DNA of 60,479 nt, the filler included, from Jimgerdemannia flammicorona (lineage: Eukaryota): NCBI GenBank assembly GCA_003990765.1. It is 3 parts of 3 records of this genome, joined end to end, with 100 filler letters (N's around TTAATTAATTAA, not from the genome) between each part and the next. Parts side by side here need not be neighbours in the genome. Positions count along the whole stretch, not along the records: positions 1 to 20,094 come from RBNJ01001759.1; positions 20,195 to 40,287 come from RBNJ01001760.1; 1 more part is not named here. One strand, given 5' to 3'. Shown in pieces: positions 12,271 to 23,300 of this stretch (position 1 is the stretch's first letter; each line of letters opens with the position of its first letter). The translations under genes were made by a program, and so were the position numbers. Below the pieces are notes generated by a model, which saw only the letters and a program-made list of their open reading frames with translations, did no database searches and was not told the origin of the DNA.

Positions 12271-12774
12271 TGTAACATAGTGGACACTAAGATGGGCAAG
12301 TACGTTGGATTTCTTTATCTTGAATTCTTATCTTCTTGACTCCCAGAGTCAGTAGTTCTTTGAGGCCAAATGTGTTTTTAAAGAGGTAATCCCGAAGGTC
12401 CTTTTATCAGTATACTTGTTCTTTTTCTAATACTTTTGATCTGAGGTTTATTCACTCTAAGATACTGGGTTATTTATACAAGTTTGCTAGCTATGAGAGG
12501 GTGACTAAGTAATAAATGAGTCATTTGGACTTTGTCGAAATATTTGGACAATGTCTAAATGCTATACTAAATCGGGACATTCAATTTGGATAATGTCTAA
12601 AATTTAGACAATGTCTAAGAATTTAGACAATATTGAAATCGAGGACTACTAACTATGAGGCTATACTACTTTGGGACTGGGTGTGATCAAGTGTCTATTC
12701 TCTATTTCCTTCTTCCAAATTTGGCTGTACTGTCACAACTTCCTCCTGAATAAATGGTCTCATCCCTGAGGCAT

Positions 12775-13236
12775 CTATTCAAACTTCCAGGCTTCAACCA
12801 TCTGTATGGTCTTATACTATGCAATTTGCTGCATGACTGTTTCCTAATGATGTCTTCTCATCTTCTTGAAGTCAGTGGGGATTACTCCTCTCAGGTGGTC
12901 TATTGCTAGTTCATCTTCTTGGAATAACTTGTGGATCCTTTTGGCAATAGTGATCTGTGAGTGGGAGAGTTGACACTCGGCAATCCAGTCCTTTTTGGTC
13001 TTTGCTGGATCCTGATTGAGCACCTGTCCAAGCTTGAAGTACTCTTGGAATTCTGTCTGATATTGATAGGCTCTAAAGTGTGAGATCCAAGAAAGATGAG
13101 TCTGCACAATACTCTGAATATCCTCATAGTATACCTCTATGGTCAGAGGCTTGGTGGTGTGCCATTGTCTTTCAATGGCTCTTTGAGCAGCACTAGTGAT
13201 CTTGAGTGCCATCACAGTGCTTCAGTTATTGGCCAT
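12775..13236 (-). pseudogene. Accessory ORF3 of family A copy 2
   Basis: 462 nt, same frame as ORF 12844..13215 (…YQTEFQEYFKLGQVL…IAKRIHKLFQEDELAIDHLRGVIPTDFKKMRRHH). The ATG overlaps the integrase stop. Confidence 0.8.
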
Positions 13237-14419
13237 GGTACTTCTTGAGTCAGTTTCGATGAATGGTGGTGGGGATTATTATGCCTGAGGGCTTTCATAG
13301 CTAGAAAGTGGTCTCTTTTATATCTTGTACCAGGTAAGGTCCTTCCCACTTGGGCTCCAGTTTTCATGATCAAGAGACTTCTACCATATTCTGATACACC
13401 AGGACTTCATCTCCTATCTTGATAATCTCCAGAGGCTTGTGAGTCTTTTCCACATTGTTCCATTGCAGTGCCTGTGTCTTAATTATGTAATCCTCTGCCT
13501 TTTTCCTGATCTGGTACAATCTCTATATCTCTGTGTCCACATGCTTCCAAATTGCATCATTACTTGCTAATAAACTTCCATCAGAACTTTCTTCACCAAA
13601 TAGCATTTCTCGTGGTGTAAAATGGGTGCTTTGTGATCATATGTCCTGCAGAGTGGATAATGCTATTGGAAGATAGTGGTCTCAGTTTCTGTATTTATCA
13701 CAGATCTTGGCAATGATGTTCTTGAGGGTCTTGTTGGTTCTCTCTGCTTGTCTGTTTCCTTATGGGTGATAGGCTGTGGTCTTGATGTGTTGGATCTTAT
13801 ACTTCTTGTAAAGAACCTTATGGAACTGGTTGACGAATTCTGTTCCTCTGTCTGTAGTAACTTGTTTTGGGGTCTTGAATCGGTAGATGATTTCTCTGTG
13901 AAAGAAATCGGCAATTGACTGTGCATTGGCTTCCTTGAGGGGTCTGGCATCTACTCATTTTGTAAATAGATCCACTATTACAATGACATATTGGTTACCA
14001 GTCAATGTCAGGGGTAGAGGGCCAATTACATCTATTGCAATGTGGGCAAATAGTATTGGTTCAATATCTGCTGATCCAGGGGCTTGATCCTGTCAGTCTT
14101 ATTTCTGTTTCTGGCATTTGTCACAGGTCCTGACAAATTGTCTGATATCTTCTTCCATTCTGGGCCACCACATGGTTCTTCTCACTTTGTCATATATATT
14201 TGTTCCTCCTACGTGACCTTGTTTATATATTGCTTTCATTACTTGATTCTTCCAGTGCTCAGGGATAACTAATTGTTGTCCTTTCTTAAGTATTTCTCCA
14301 TCAGTTTCAAATTGTTTTCATGTCCGATTAATAATTGTTTTTGTCCATTCTTCCAGATGTGGGGGCATCTTTTGCTGCCCCAGGTAGCTGATGATTCCAT
14401 AATACAGCTCCCTATTCAT
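13226..14419 (-). pseudogene. Integrase ORF of family A copy 2 (separate frame)
   Basis: ATG AAT AGG GAG at 14419 overlaps the RH-frame stop (…NHYE*). Colinear with 9823-11016. Confidence 0.85.
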
Positions 14420-17400
14420 AGTGATTTTGTGGGGGTGGGGTCCTTCGGGGTGTCTATGAGAGGGTGTTGGCATTAGCATTGGTTCTTCCAGGGTGGTGGG
14501 TGATTGTGGCATCATATGCTTGCAGCTTCATGATCCATTGGGCATAGATTCCTTTGGGCTCACTGGTAGTGAGCAACCAGGTAAGTGCCAAATGATCTGT
14601 CTGGATGGTGAAGTGTCTGCCAGCCAGATAGTAGTGGAACTTCTCCACAGCCCAGATGACTGCAAGGCATTCCAGCTTATAAGACTCATAGGACTGCTCT
14701 GCCCCACGAGTACCTTGGCTGAGATAAGCTACTATGTATTCAGCACTATTCTTCTTTTGTGCAAGGACAGCTCCAAGTTCCATTGCACTGGTATCCATCT
14801 GGAGAATAAACTCTTGAGTCCAGTTGGGTCTTCTCAGGATTGGGGTCTGGATCAATCTGGTCTTGAGCTCATCAAAGGCTAGTTGCTGCTGCTGAGTCCA
14901 CTGGAACTTGACTTCTTTTCTGAACAGATCATAGATAGGACTGGCAATGTGGGAGAACCTTCTAATAAATCTTCTGTAGTAGGATGTAAGTCCCATGAAG
15001 GCTCGGGCTTCAGTGATACTGGTAGGTACTGGGTATGCTGCTACTGCTTTGATCTTTTTAGGATCTGTATGTGTTCCTTCATGGTTGATAATGTGTCTAA
15101 GGTATGCGATTTCTTCTTCTCCAAACTTACATTTCTTGGGCTTGATGTAGAGGCCATGTTTACAAAGCCTTCTGAGAATTTCCTTGATGTGTTCCAAGTG
15201 CTCCTTGGTAGTTTGGCTGAAGATGATCACATCATTTACATATACCATCATCCATTTTTCCATAATATCCCTGAAGATGCTGTTCATCATTCACTGGAAG
15301 CTTGCTGGTGCATTGCATATTCCAAAGGGCATGTGAAGATAGACATAGGTTCCATTGGGAGTGATGAAGGCTGATCTTTTGCTGGCTTCAGGTATAAGAC
15401 CGATTTGGTAGAATCCTGAGAACAGATCCAGGGTGGTGTAGAATCGTGATTCATTCCCCAGCATGATAAGAATATTGCCAATATTTGGCAATAGTTGTCT
15501 GTCCTTCTCTGTGACCTCGTTGAGTCTTCTATAGTCTGTGCAGAGTCTTGGTGTAAATTCTCCTGGTTGGCTTCCTTTCTTTGGTGCAAGGATGATGAGG
15601 GAGGACCAAGGGCTACTGGCTTCTTCAATGATACCAGATTTCTTCATTTCCTTGATCTCTGTCTTGAGCCATTCTCTGTATGCTGGTGGAATGGGGCGGG
15701 CCTTCTGATAGATTGGCTTTGCATCTCCAGTATTGACATCATGATAATATAAGGGTTTCTTGGTCTTGATGTCCTTGAAATCCGTGGCCAGTACATCCTC
15801 GAATATATGTAAGAGGCTCTGCAATTCTTTCCTGAGGGAGAAGTTTCTTCTGATTGTGTAGGTGTGTTTGTCTTGGCTTTCCTCCTTCTTGTGCTCCAAT
15901 TCGGTGATCTTAGTTGCTGCGAGGACTCCTCTTCCTGTAGAGCCAAATCCAGCTTTCCCTCACTGAGTTTGTCTGATGTTTGCAACCTTCTTGATTCTTG
16001 GATTAAGGACAGGTAGGATGAGCATTTGTGCCAGCCGATCCTTCTTCCTTACTTCAAATGGAATGGTTGGGTTGTGGTTTCTGGTGAGGAGGAGAATTTC
16101 TCCCATGTAGTCTGAATCAATAACTCCTCCTTCTATCAATATTTCACTCTTTGCCAAGCTACTCCTTGTCTTGAGGATTCCGACATGGTTTGGTGGGATG
16201 GTTACTTCAATTCCTGTTCCTAGAATAGTGGTGGTCTGCAGTTCGAGTATTGTGTGTGTTGTGGTGGATAGGTCCATTCTTGCTGCATTCTCCAATTTGT
16301 ATTGTGGCATAACTGCATCAGGGTATCTTGACTGTGATATCTTCATCCTAATCATCACTATCATCCAATAACTCTAGTGGTCCATCTTCTAGTTCCTCCT
16401 GGTTCTTCTTTGGCTTGTTGGTGATCTTCTTTACCTCAATGATACAAGAGTAGCAGCAATCCAAGTACTGGGCACAGTACATTCTTTCACCATGGGGGCA
16501 CCTTCTTAGTGGGGTGTATCCATCTGTGATTCTTGTATACCATTCTTCCTCTGTCAATTGCTTGCCTTTTCCTTTCTTTGTAGTAACCATATAGGCTTCT
16601 TCTTCTTGGTCTTCCTCCATCTCGGGGTGGACTCCTTTGTGGATATTGATGGGAATTCTGATCTTCTTTTTCCAGTAGATGATCTGCATCTTCTGTGCAC
16701 TGAGGTCAATCATTGCCTTGGCTTTATGAAGCCATTGATTGCTGATGAGGATATCATAGTTGGTTGCATTGGTGATGATGACATCTACAGGGATAGTGGT
16801 CTCTCCAAACTTGATTGGTACATCTCAGATCTTTCCCAAGGGTGTTGCTCGTGTTCCATCAGCTGTGACGAATACCAGTTTGGTGGCTTCTTCTATCTCC
16901 CAGCCTAGGCAGTCTACTGCTTTCTTGGTGATGAGACATCCTCCTACTCCCATATCAATAATGGCTTCGAAGACTCAATCCTCAATCTGGCAGGTAGCAT
17001 AGGCTGATGTTTTCCAATTATCTTCACTCTCTTCATCTGAATCTTCTTGTGCATTATTGGCTTCAATTATTTTCCAACCTTGGTCTTTGCCAATATCTGA
17101 GATTCCTGTCCTCATTTGTTGTCTGAAGGTTGGGATTTCTGCTAGTTGGCCAAAGGTTACATTGACTTTTTGGTCCTTGAGGTCTTTGAAGATATCATAC
17201 TTGAAGGTCTTGCTTTTGTACAATTTCTGCTCCTTCTTTTCTTCACTTGATGGGGTGGTATTTCAGATGATATCTTCTACTGCTCAATCAAGTTCGGCAT
17301 CCTGTTCCAGCTCCATTTCTTGATCAGCTTCACTCTGCTGGGTCTCATTTCCGATGATAAGTTCCGGTTGCTTTGTTTGTGTCTGGGCCTTCTTAGGAGG

Positions 17401-18003
17401 TCTGCCTGGAGATCTTTTGTAGGGACTGGATCAAACATCCTTCTTACTTGAGGTGGTGGGGTAAGCTTCCCATTCCTCCCTCTCTTCCTCAGATTCTCCA
17501 ATCTCCTCAAAGGTGATAGTGTTTGCCTGCTTGCAGTTTCTGGTTGCATTGCTTGGATTAGTCTTTCACTTGGTTTCTGTCATGCATTCGGAGGCATAGT
17601 GGCCTTCTTCTCCACAGTTGTAGCATGTTATTGATTGTCTTGTATTTGTAGTAGCAAACTTCTGTACTGGCTTCTTCTTGAACTCTTTGACTATGTCACT
17701 GAGATATGCAGTCATTTCTGCAAACTGTTTGGCCAGTTCCTCCATTGAGTCAACCCTTCTCTGATCTTGTGGTTGCGGTTGTGTATTTCGGTTGACTATG
17801 GTAGCTGGGATAGTATTGGTGGCTCTTGGTGCTTGTTTGATTTTTACTCTGGTTATCCTTTCCATTGTATGGCCTTGAGGGTATCTGGCAGTCCAGTATC
17901 TTTGGGCATAGGTAACCTTCTGTCCCAGGTCTAGTAGTGTTGGGGTGGATCGAATGGCTAAAGCAATTTCTTAGTGAATGCCTTTCATAAAGGTATTCTC
18001 AGT

Positions 18004-20094
18004 CAAAAAAAGATCTTCAACACTTTCTCCGGTAACATTCAGGTTACACAAGACTCAGACAACACTTTCTATAACGTTTTTGGTGTCCAGCGACTAACAA
18101 CATGGATGGCAACGATCAATCTAGTGAGCGTACTGGCCAGGGGGGTAGCAGCGCCTTTGGCTGGCAGCAGGTGGGGAGGAGGGGAGATGGTTTGGGGATG
18201 CCAGGGGCCTCGATGGCTAGCCAGGGCCCCAGCGGCGGAGGAAGGGGAGGCCTGAGGCAGAGAGGAGGGGAGAGGACGACTTTTGCTGACAAGGTCAGGA
18301 TGGGGGCGATGGCTTCTGGGCTGGATAGTTGGCTGGGCCTAGGGAAGGCATCGATGGCTACTATCGGGGGTCAAGGAGGTGCACCCCTGGGTGCTTCTAG
18401 TGGTAGGGTAGAGGCCGGAGTAGGGGCTGGAGATGTGACGGTTGATGGGGCTGTGACTGGGGATCTGGCAAAAAATCCAGATGTGACGGCGGTTGGCAAT
18501 TCGGGACTTGGAGTGGGCACGAGGCCCGGGGACCTGGCGGATGGGGTGACGGGCATGGTGTCGGCCCCGTTACTCAAGAAGTCGTGGTCCGAATTCGCGG
18601 TCACGATGTGCTTCCGGGGCTTGGCAGTGACGGCAAGGATGATTTTGGGGCTGGTGGCACAGGAGGCTAAGGGAGCAGCATCGGTGAAGTTTTTGAGGGG
18701 AAAGGAAGGGGTTGAAGTGGGGTTCAAGGAGGAGGATGCCTTGTTGGCAGCCATGGAGAAGGGGGTGATGGTTGGCGGGGTGGTGGTCCCTATGGCTTGG
18801 TGTATGTGCTGGGACCCCCGGGTGGTGCAGTTGACGGTGTTGGACCTCCCTACGGTGTCGAAAGAAAGGACCAGAGAGTTGGTTGTAGAGGCGATAAAGG
18901 AGTATGGTGAGATTGTGGACGTGGGGTTCAAGGTCTGGGAGGGCACGGAGCTTAGAACTGGAGATGTCGATGTCAGGGTGAGACTGGCTGGAAAGGAGAA
19001 TACGGGGAAGTCGAGGGACTGGCCAGTAGCGCTGAGGTGGGGACCAGTGGAGTGTAAGGTCGCTAGGGTGAAGGGGACTCAGGAGGAGGAGGAGGACTTG
19101 CTGGAAGCGCTGGAGGACCTGGAAGGGGCTGTTGCAAGGAGGAGATTAGCCTGGAAGGAGTTCGAGGCCAGGACAGTGGTGGGAGAGGTGGATGGGAAGA
19201 GGGTTCGGATGGAGAAAGGGGCCTGGGAGAAGATGCAGGGGAGGAGGATTCAGAAGGAGTTGTTGGCAAAGTTGGATGGGGGTAGGGCTGGTGGAAGCTC
19301 TAGGGAGGGAGCTGCAGGGTTGCAGGAGAGTGTCTGGGTGGAAGGAGGCGAGATGGCCCGGGGCGGAGCTCCGATTGGAGGCGGGGAGGAGAGGGAGGTT
19401 AACCTGGAGGTGGATGCCGAAATGGGGGATGGTGGGTGCCCTCAGTACAGTGTGCCGAATGGGGCGGGAGGCGAGGAGGAGCTGATGGATGTGCCGGATG
19501 AGGAGTAGGATGAGTCAGTAAGGAGGAGCGCATTGGTGGACCCCGAGGTGGATGGGGGACAAATTGCTCAGGGGGTGGTGGAGGCGGTTGATGAGGAGAA
19601 GTGGATGTGGAAGACCCTGGAAGGGGTAGCAGCTGAAGAGCTGGGGGGTGAGGACTTCAGGGTGATGGAGGAGAGGCATTGGGAGGAGATTCTATGTGGG
19701 GAAGAGGTGCTGAGGAAGATGAGGAATGAGATCCTGGCGGTCCTCTTGGAGTCGGTTGAATATCAGGTTGATGATCAGCGTGAGGAGGAGCTCAGACAGA
19801 TTGCGAGTGAGAGGGCACTTGTTTTGTGGAACTCAAGGAAGGGACTGGAGAAGTGGCGCGCAGTCTGCTTAGATTATAGGGCAGATATGGAGGAGGTGGA
19901 CAGGGTGGAGTGTCAGGAGATCTTGGGGGCACTGGATGCTCAGGATATTGAGGAGGGGGAAGTGGAAGCTGAGCGGCTCTTGGACTTGGCGAGGGATGAG
20001 ATGAGCATGGAATTATAGGCTGGAGACTCTTCTACAATATCTATTCAATATGAACAGTACAACTAGGATATTCTCTTTGAATGTTAATGGGTTA
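18004..20094 (+). mobile_element. L1/Tx1-like LINE, 5' part (ORF1 and start of ORF2), cut by the contig gap
   Basis: ORF1 18102-20018 has a single TGG>TAG stop at 19506. ORF2 starts at 20050 (MNSTTRIFSLNVNGL, the APE endonuclease N-terminus). Matches the second copy from 35173. Confidence 0.88.
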
Positions 20095-20194
20095 NNNNNN
20101 NNNNNNNNNNNNNNNNNNNNNNNNNNNNNNNNNNNNNNTTAATTAATTAANNNNNNNNNNNNNNNNNNNNNNNNNNNNNNNNNNNNNNNNNNNN
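20095..20194. other. Artificial contig-joining spacer (N44-TTAATTAATTAA-N44)
   Basis: Exactly 100 bp with a linker carrying stop codons in all six frames. An identical spacer is at 40288-40387. Confidence 0.97.
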
Positions 20195-22188
20195 AGGTTA
20201 CATTTCCAAGAAGTTCTCGTACGTCCCATACAATCATTCGGTCTTCCCCATGGCGAGCCGCCACAACGAATGGGTCTCGGAACTCGAACCTGGTGTGACC
20301 TTCACGCACTACAGCCACTTGCATCCGTGCATTCAAGTCCATTGGTCGCCCTATGGCTCAGATTTCGTCACGCGTCTTTGGGTGAACACCTTCGTCGAGC
20401 AGGAATGGTCAAGGAAGCATTATCTGAGAATTTTCTCATCTTTGGGTGTTAAGGGCTTCCGAGGTCTCACGTCCTCGATCCAGTCATTAACGGGGTTTGT
20501 ACCATGGCGTGCCACCATGCTATGCTATGTCCCACTGCAAGACCTATGTGTATACAATGAGTATCTCATCAACTTTGACGGTTCCTGGGGGATGTTTAAG
20601 GCCATCTACAAGAGCTACGTCGATCCTCGCAGTCCGTTCATCAAGATCGCGAGAAGCGAGTACTGTGACCTCGTCGAGCCGATGCTTGAAGCGGTCGTGA
20701 ACTACAAATGGGTTGCCTTCGCCCGCCGTCGATTCTGGGCAAGGTTTATCCTTTTCATCCTCTATTTCATCGCCTTCTCCATGGCATCTTCCAAATCCAC
20801 CAATGCCAACCCTTTCATCCCGGCCGAATCCCGCTTCTCAATGCTTATCATTACCATCATTTTGGGCACTCTGTTCGCATTGCATGAGTTGCATCAGTTG
20901 TTAGCTCATCGTCTCGAGTACCTGAAATCTGTGTACAACTATGTCGACGTCATCCAGCTCGGCTTCGCTCTCACGTATGCATGGTGGGACTTGATCAATC
21001 CGCTAACCCCCCCACCGACCTGGATTGCTAGTTATGCAATCCTCGGGTTGTGGGCACATCTGCTACTGGATCTTCGCATCTTCCGCAAAACCGGTCTCTT
21101 CATCGTCGTCGTCTTAGAGGTTGCCGGCAAGGCAGCCCCTATCCTCGTCATTCTCCTCATCACGATCGTTGGGTTTGCGCAATCGCTGCTTCTTCTTCTT
21201 CACCAGGAGGACTCTAACGGTGCGTCTGGGCCAAATCCATTCACGAAAATTGAGGATTCATTAAATAGCGTCTTCTTCTTCATGGCGGGAGACTCCAGTA
21301 CAATTTCGAATTTCGGACTGAATTACAGCCAGTACAGCTTGGTGAATATCATTCGTGTCTTACTCGCATTCGCATCAATTGTCTTAACGAATATTCTTAT
21401 TGCGCTTCTCGTAAGTATTTTGTATTATTTTTGAGCTGCATATATATACGAGTGTAAAATGAATTAAGCTTTGTTGTTCATCTAACTTATCAGAGTAACA
21501 TCTACAATCACACTGACGCCCAACGTCTTTGGACTATGGTATGAACTTTGCGATTGCGATTTGGAAGGTTTCCCTCAGCATGCGTATCTTATCCGGGTAT
21601 ACGTTTATCACCACTCACAATATAGGAATTTGTTAAGCTTACGGCAGAAATTGAACAATTTTTGACGACCCCTCATCAGCGCAGGGACCCCATATGGTTC
21701 CCACGCTATGTTGTATACTATGGTAATTGTGATTCGTTCTTTGTATCTCGGCAAAGAGATTTGTAATCCCAGCGCCATTTCCTCATAATCTAAATATATG
21801 AATTGAAATGTTTTTTTTTTCTTTTTGTCCAGCCCATGTAGACTCCATTCGCCAATACAAGGAGAGCCGTGATACCGAGCTCAAAAAGGAAGAAGAGGAA
21901 AAGAGAAATGCTAAGAAGAAGGACGCAGCCGTACAGTTCACGTACTACCCATTAAGGTGGCCGTTAGGAGTGTGGCCTGAGGTGAAGGAGGATGCCAAGG
22001 ACACCAAGGGCCATAGTAAGAAGGGCAAAGGTGTGACCAAGCCTGACAAGATGGTTTCAATTTCGGCTTCGCTTTTGGATTCTATTTTGGCTTCGATTTC
22101 GGCTTTGAATAATATTTCAGGTGCCGAGGCTTCAGAGCTGGAGGCCCTGAAGTTGGAGCTGGATGATCGGACGGCGATTAAGCGGTAA
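20195..22188 (+). CDS. TRP-like cation channel, 5' end missing; exons <20195-21410, 21494-21538, 21626-21722, 21833-22188
   Basis: EAVVNYKWVAFA precedes six hydrophobic segments. A pore-like NPFTKIEDSLNSVFFFMAGD and an S6 LTNILIALL follow. GT-AG introns keep the frame through SNIYNH…/EFVKLTAEIEQFLTTPHQRRDPIWFPRYVVYY/AHVDSIRQY. Confidence 0.8.
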
Positions 22189-23300
22189 AAGGTGAATGGG
22201 AGTGTGCCATCTTAGAGCGCCCGTCCGAGGTGTTTGGCAGTGTTTTCTTGCGTTTCAATTTACTTTATCATACTTGGGTTCCAGTTACTTTATGTTCGCG
22301 CATATTTGGCAATATCGATGGGCTTTTCATATATTCGATAATTCATTGCCAACAAACAAAAGCTTTTGTCCCTACAAGAAATTGCAGTTACTGATGGCAC
22401 GTTCACTACAGCGGTTCTAACCGCCCGGACGATCAGATATCATCAACCCCGCGACATTACGCTTGAGGTATGGTTCTACGCCCCCATAGCCAAACAGATG
22501 TAATGGCGTAATCCTCACGTGTTTAATTAAACCTGGGCGTTGCCAAGGATGCACGATTTATCACGCGAATGCACCGTCTTCGATTCCGATTATTCATCCT
22601 GGTGGCCCTAAGGCAATTCGGACCTAACCTACAACCCGTGGATATATCAACCCTTCGAGCATGGCGCAGAGGATTGTCATTTCGGTGAATGGGCCTACGG
22701 GTCCTGCGTTAAGCAAGTTATCAGTAAACCGTTCACTGATACAAACATCTCCGCTCGACCAAACCTTGTAAGATCTTTGACACTGGCCAGAACCACGACG
22801 CCAACTACGACCGACTCCATTTAACGTGCTCCCAGCCAGATGATTTCTGGGGCGAACCCCTAACACCATCAAACCTTTATATATTTCGGAGTCAGGTTTT
22901 GGTATTACAGCAGCATTGTACCGCCGAGAGAAGACACCTCTACCAGGAAAAACCGCTGGCCAAATCAAAGAACAGAGAGTCGCCAACAAGCATGCTCCTC
23001 GTGTTGAGGGTCGTTCCAAAAAAATTGAGTTCGCCAGCCGGCTTTCATCAAAAGCTGGATTCTCTCAACAATACGTAAGGCGCGGGTTTGTTTATTCGTT
23101 CAGGGGGAAATGAGGCAAACAATGTGTTCATGATGTTTCATGGCTTTCAACCTGATTTAAGAACATGTTTCCCTGATATTAACACATTTAGTTTATTTTC
23201 AACCCTCGTTTCGTTTGGCAACAAATCGATCCCGCATTACTCTATCTAAAAGTTTCAGTGAAGACCACCAAGAACCCCACGCCAACCACCTATCTCCACC

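Larger units (their letters stand above)
12271..18003 (-). mobile_element. Family A copy 2: 3' LTR, ORF3, IN, RH, RT, dUTPase, PR and part of gag, interrupted by a LINE
   Basis: LTR 12271-12737 is the reverse complement of the copy 1 LTR, followed by the PPT. Colinear with copy 1 until about 18003, where the LINE 5' end starts. Confidence 0.93.

Noticed and set aside
18371..18946. Long antisense ORFs within the LINE and Gypsy elements (also 35525-36217, 38115-38846, 8868-9359)
   Set aside because: Expected shadows of biased codon usage on the coding strand.
20095..20194. Palindrome-like TTAATTAATTAA within N runs (also 40288-40387)
   Set aside because: Artificial linker. Adjacency across it, such as LINE next to the TRP gene, has no biological meaning.
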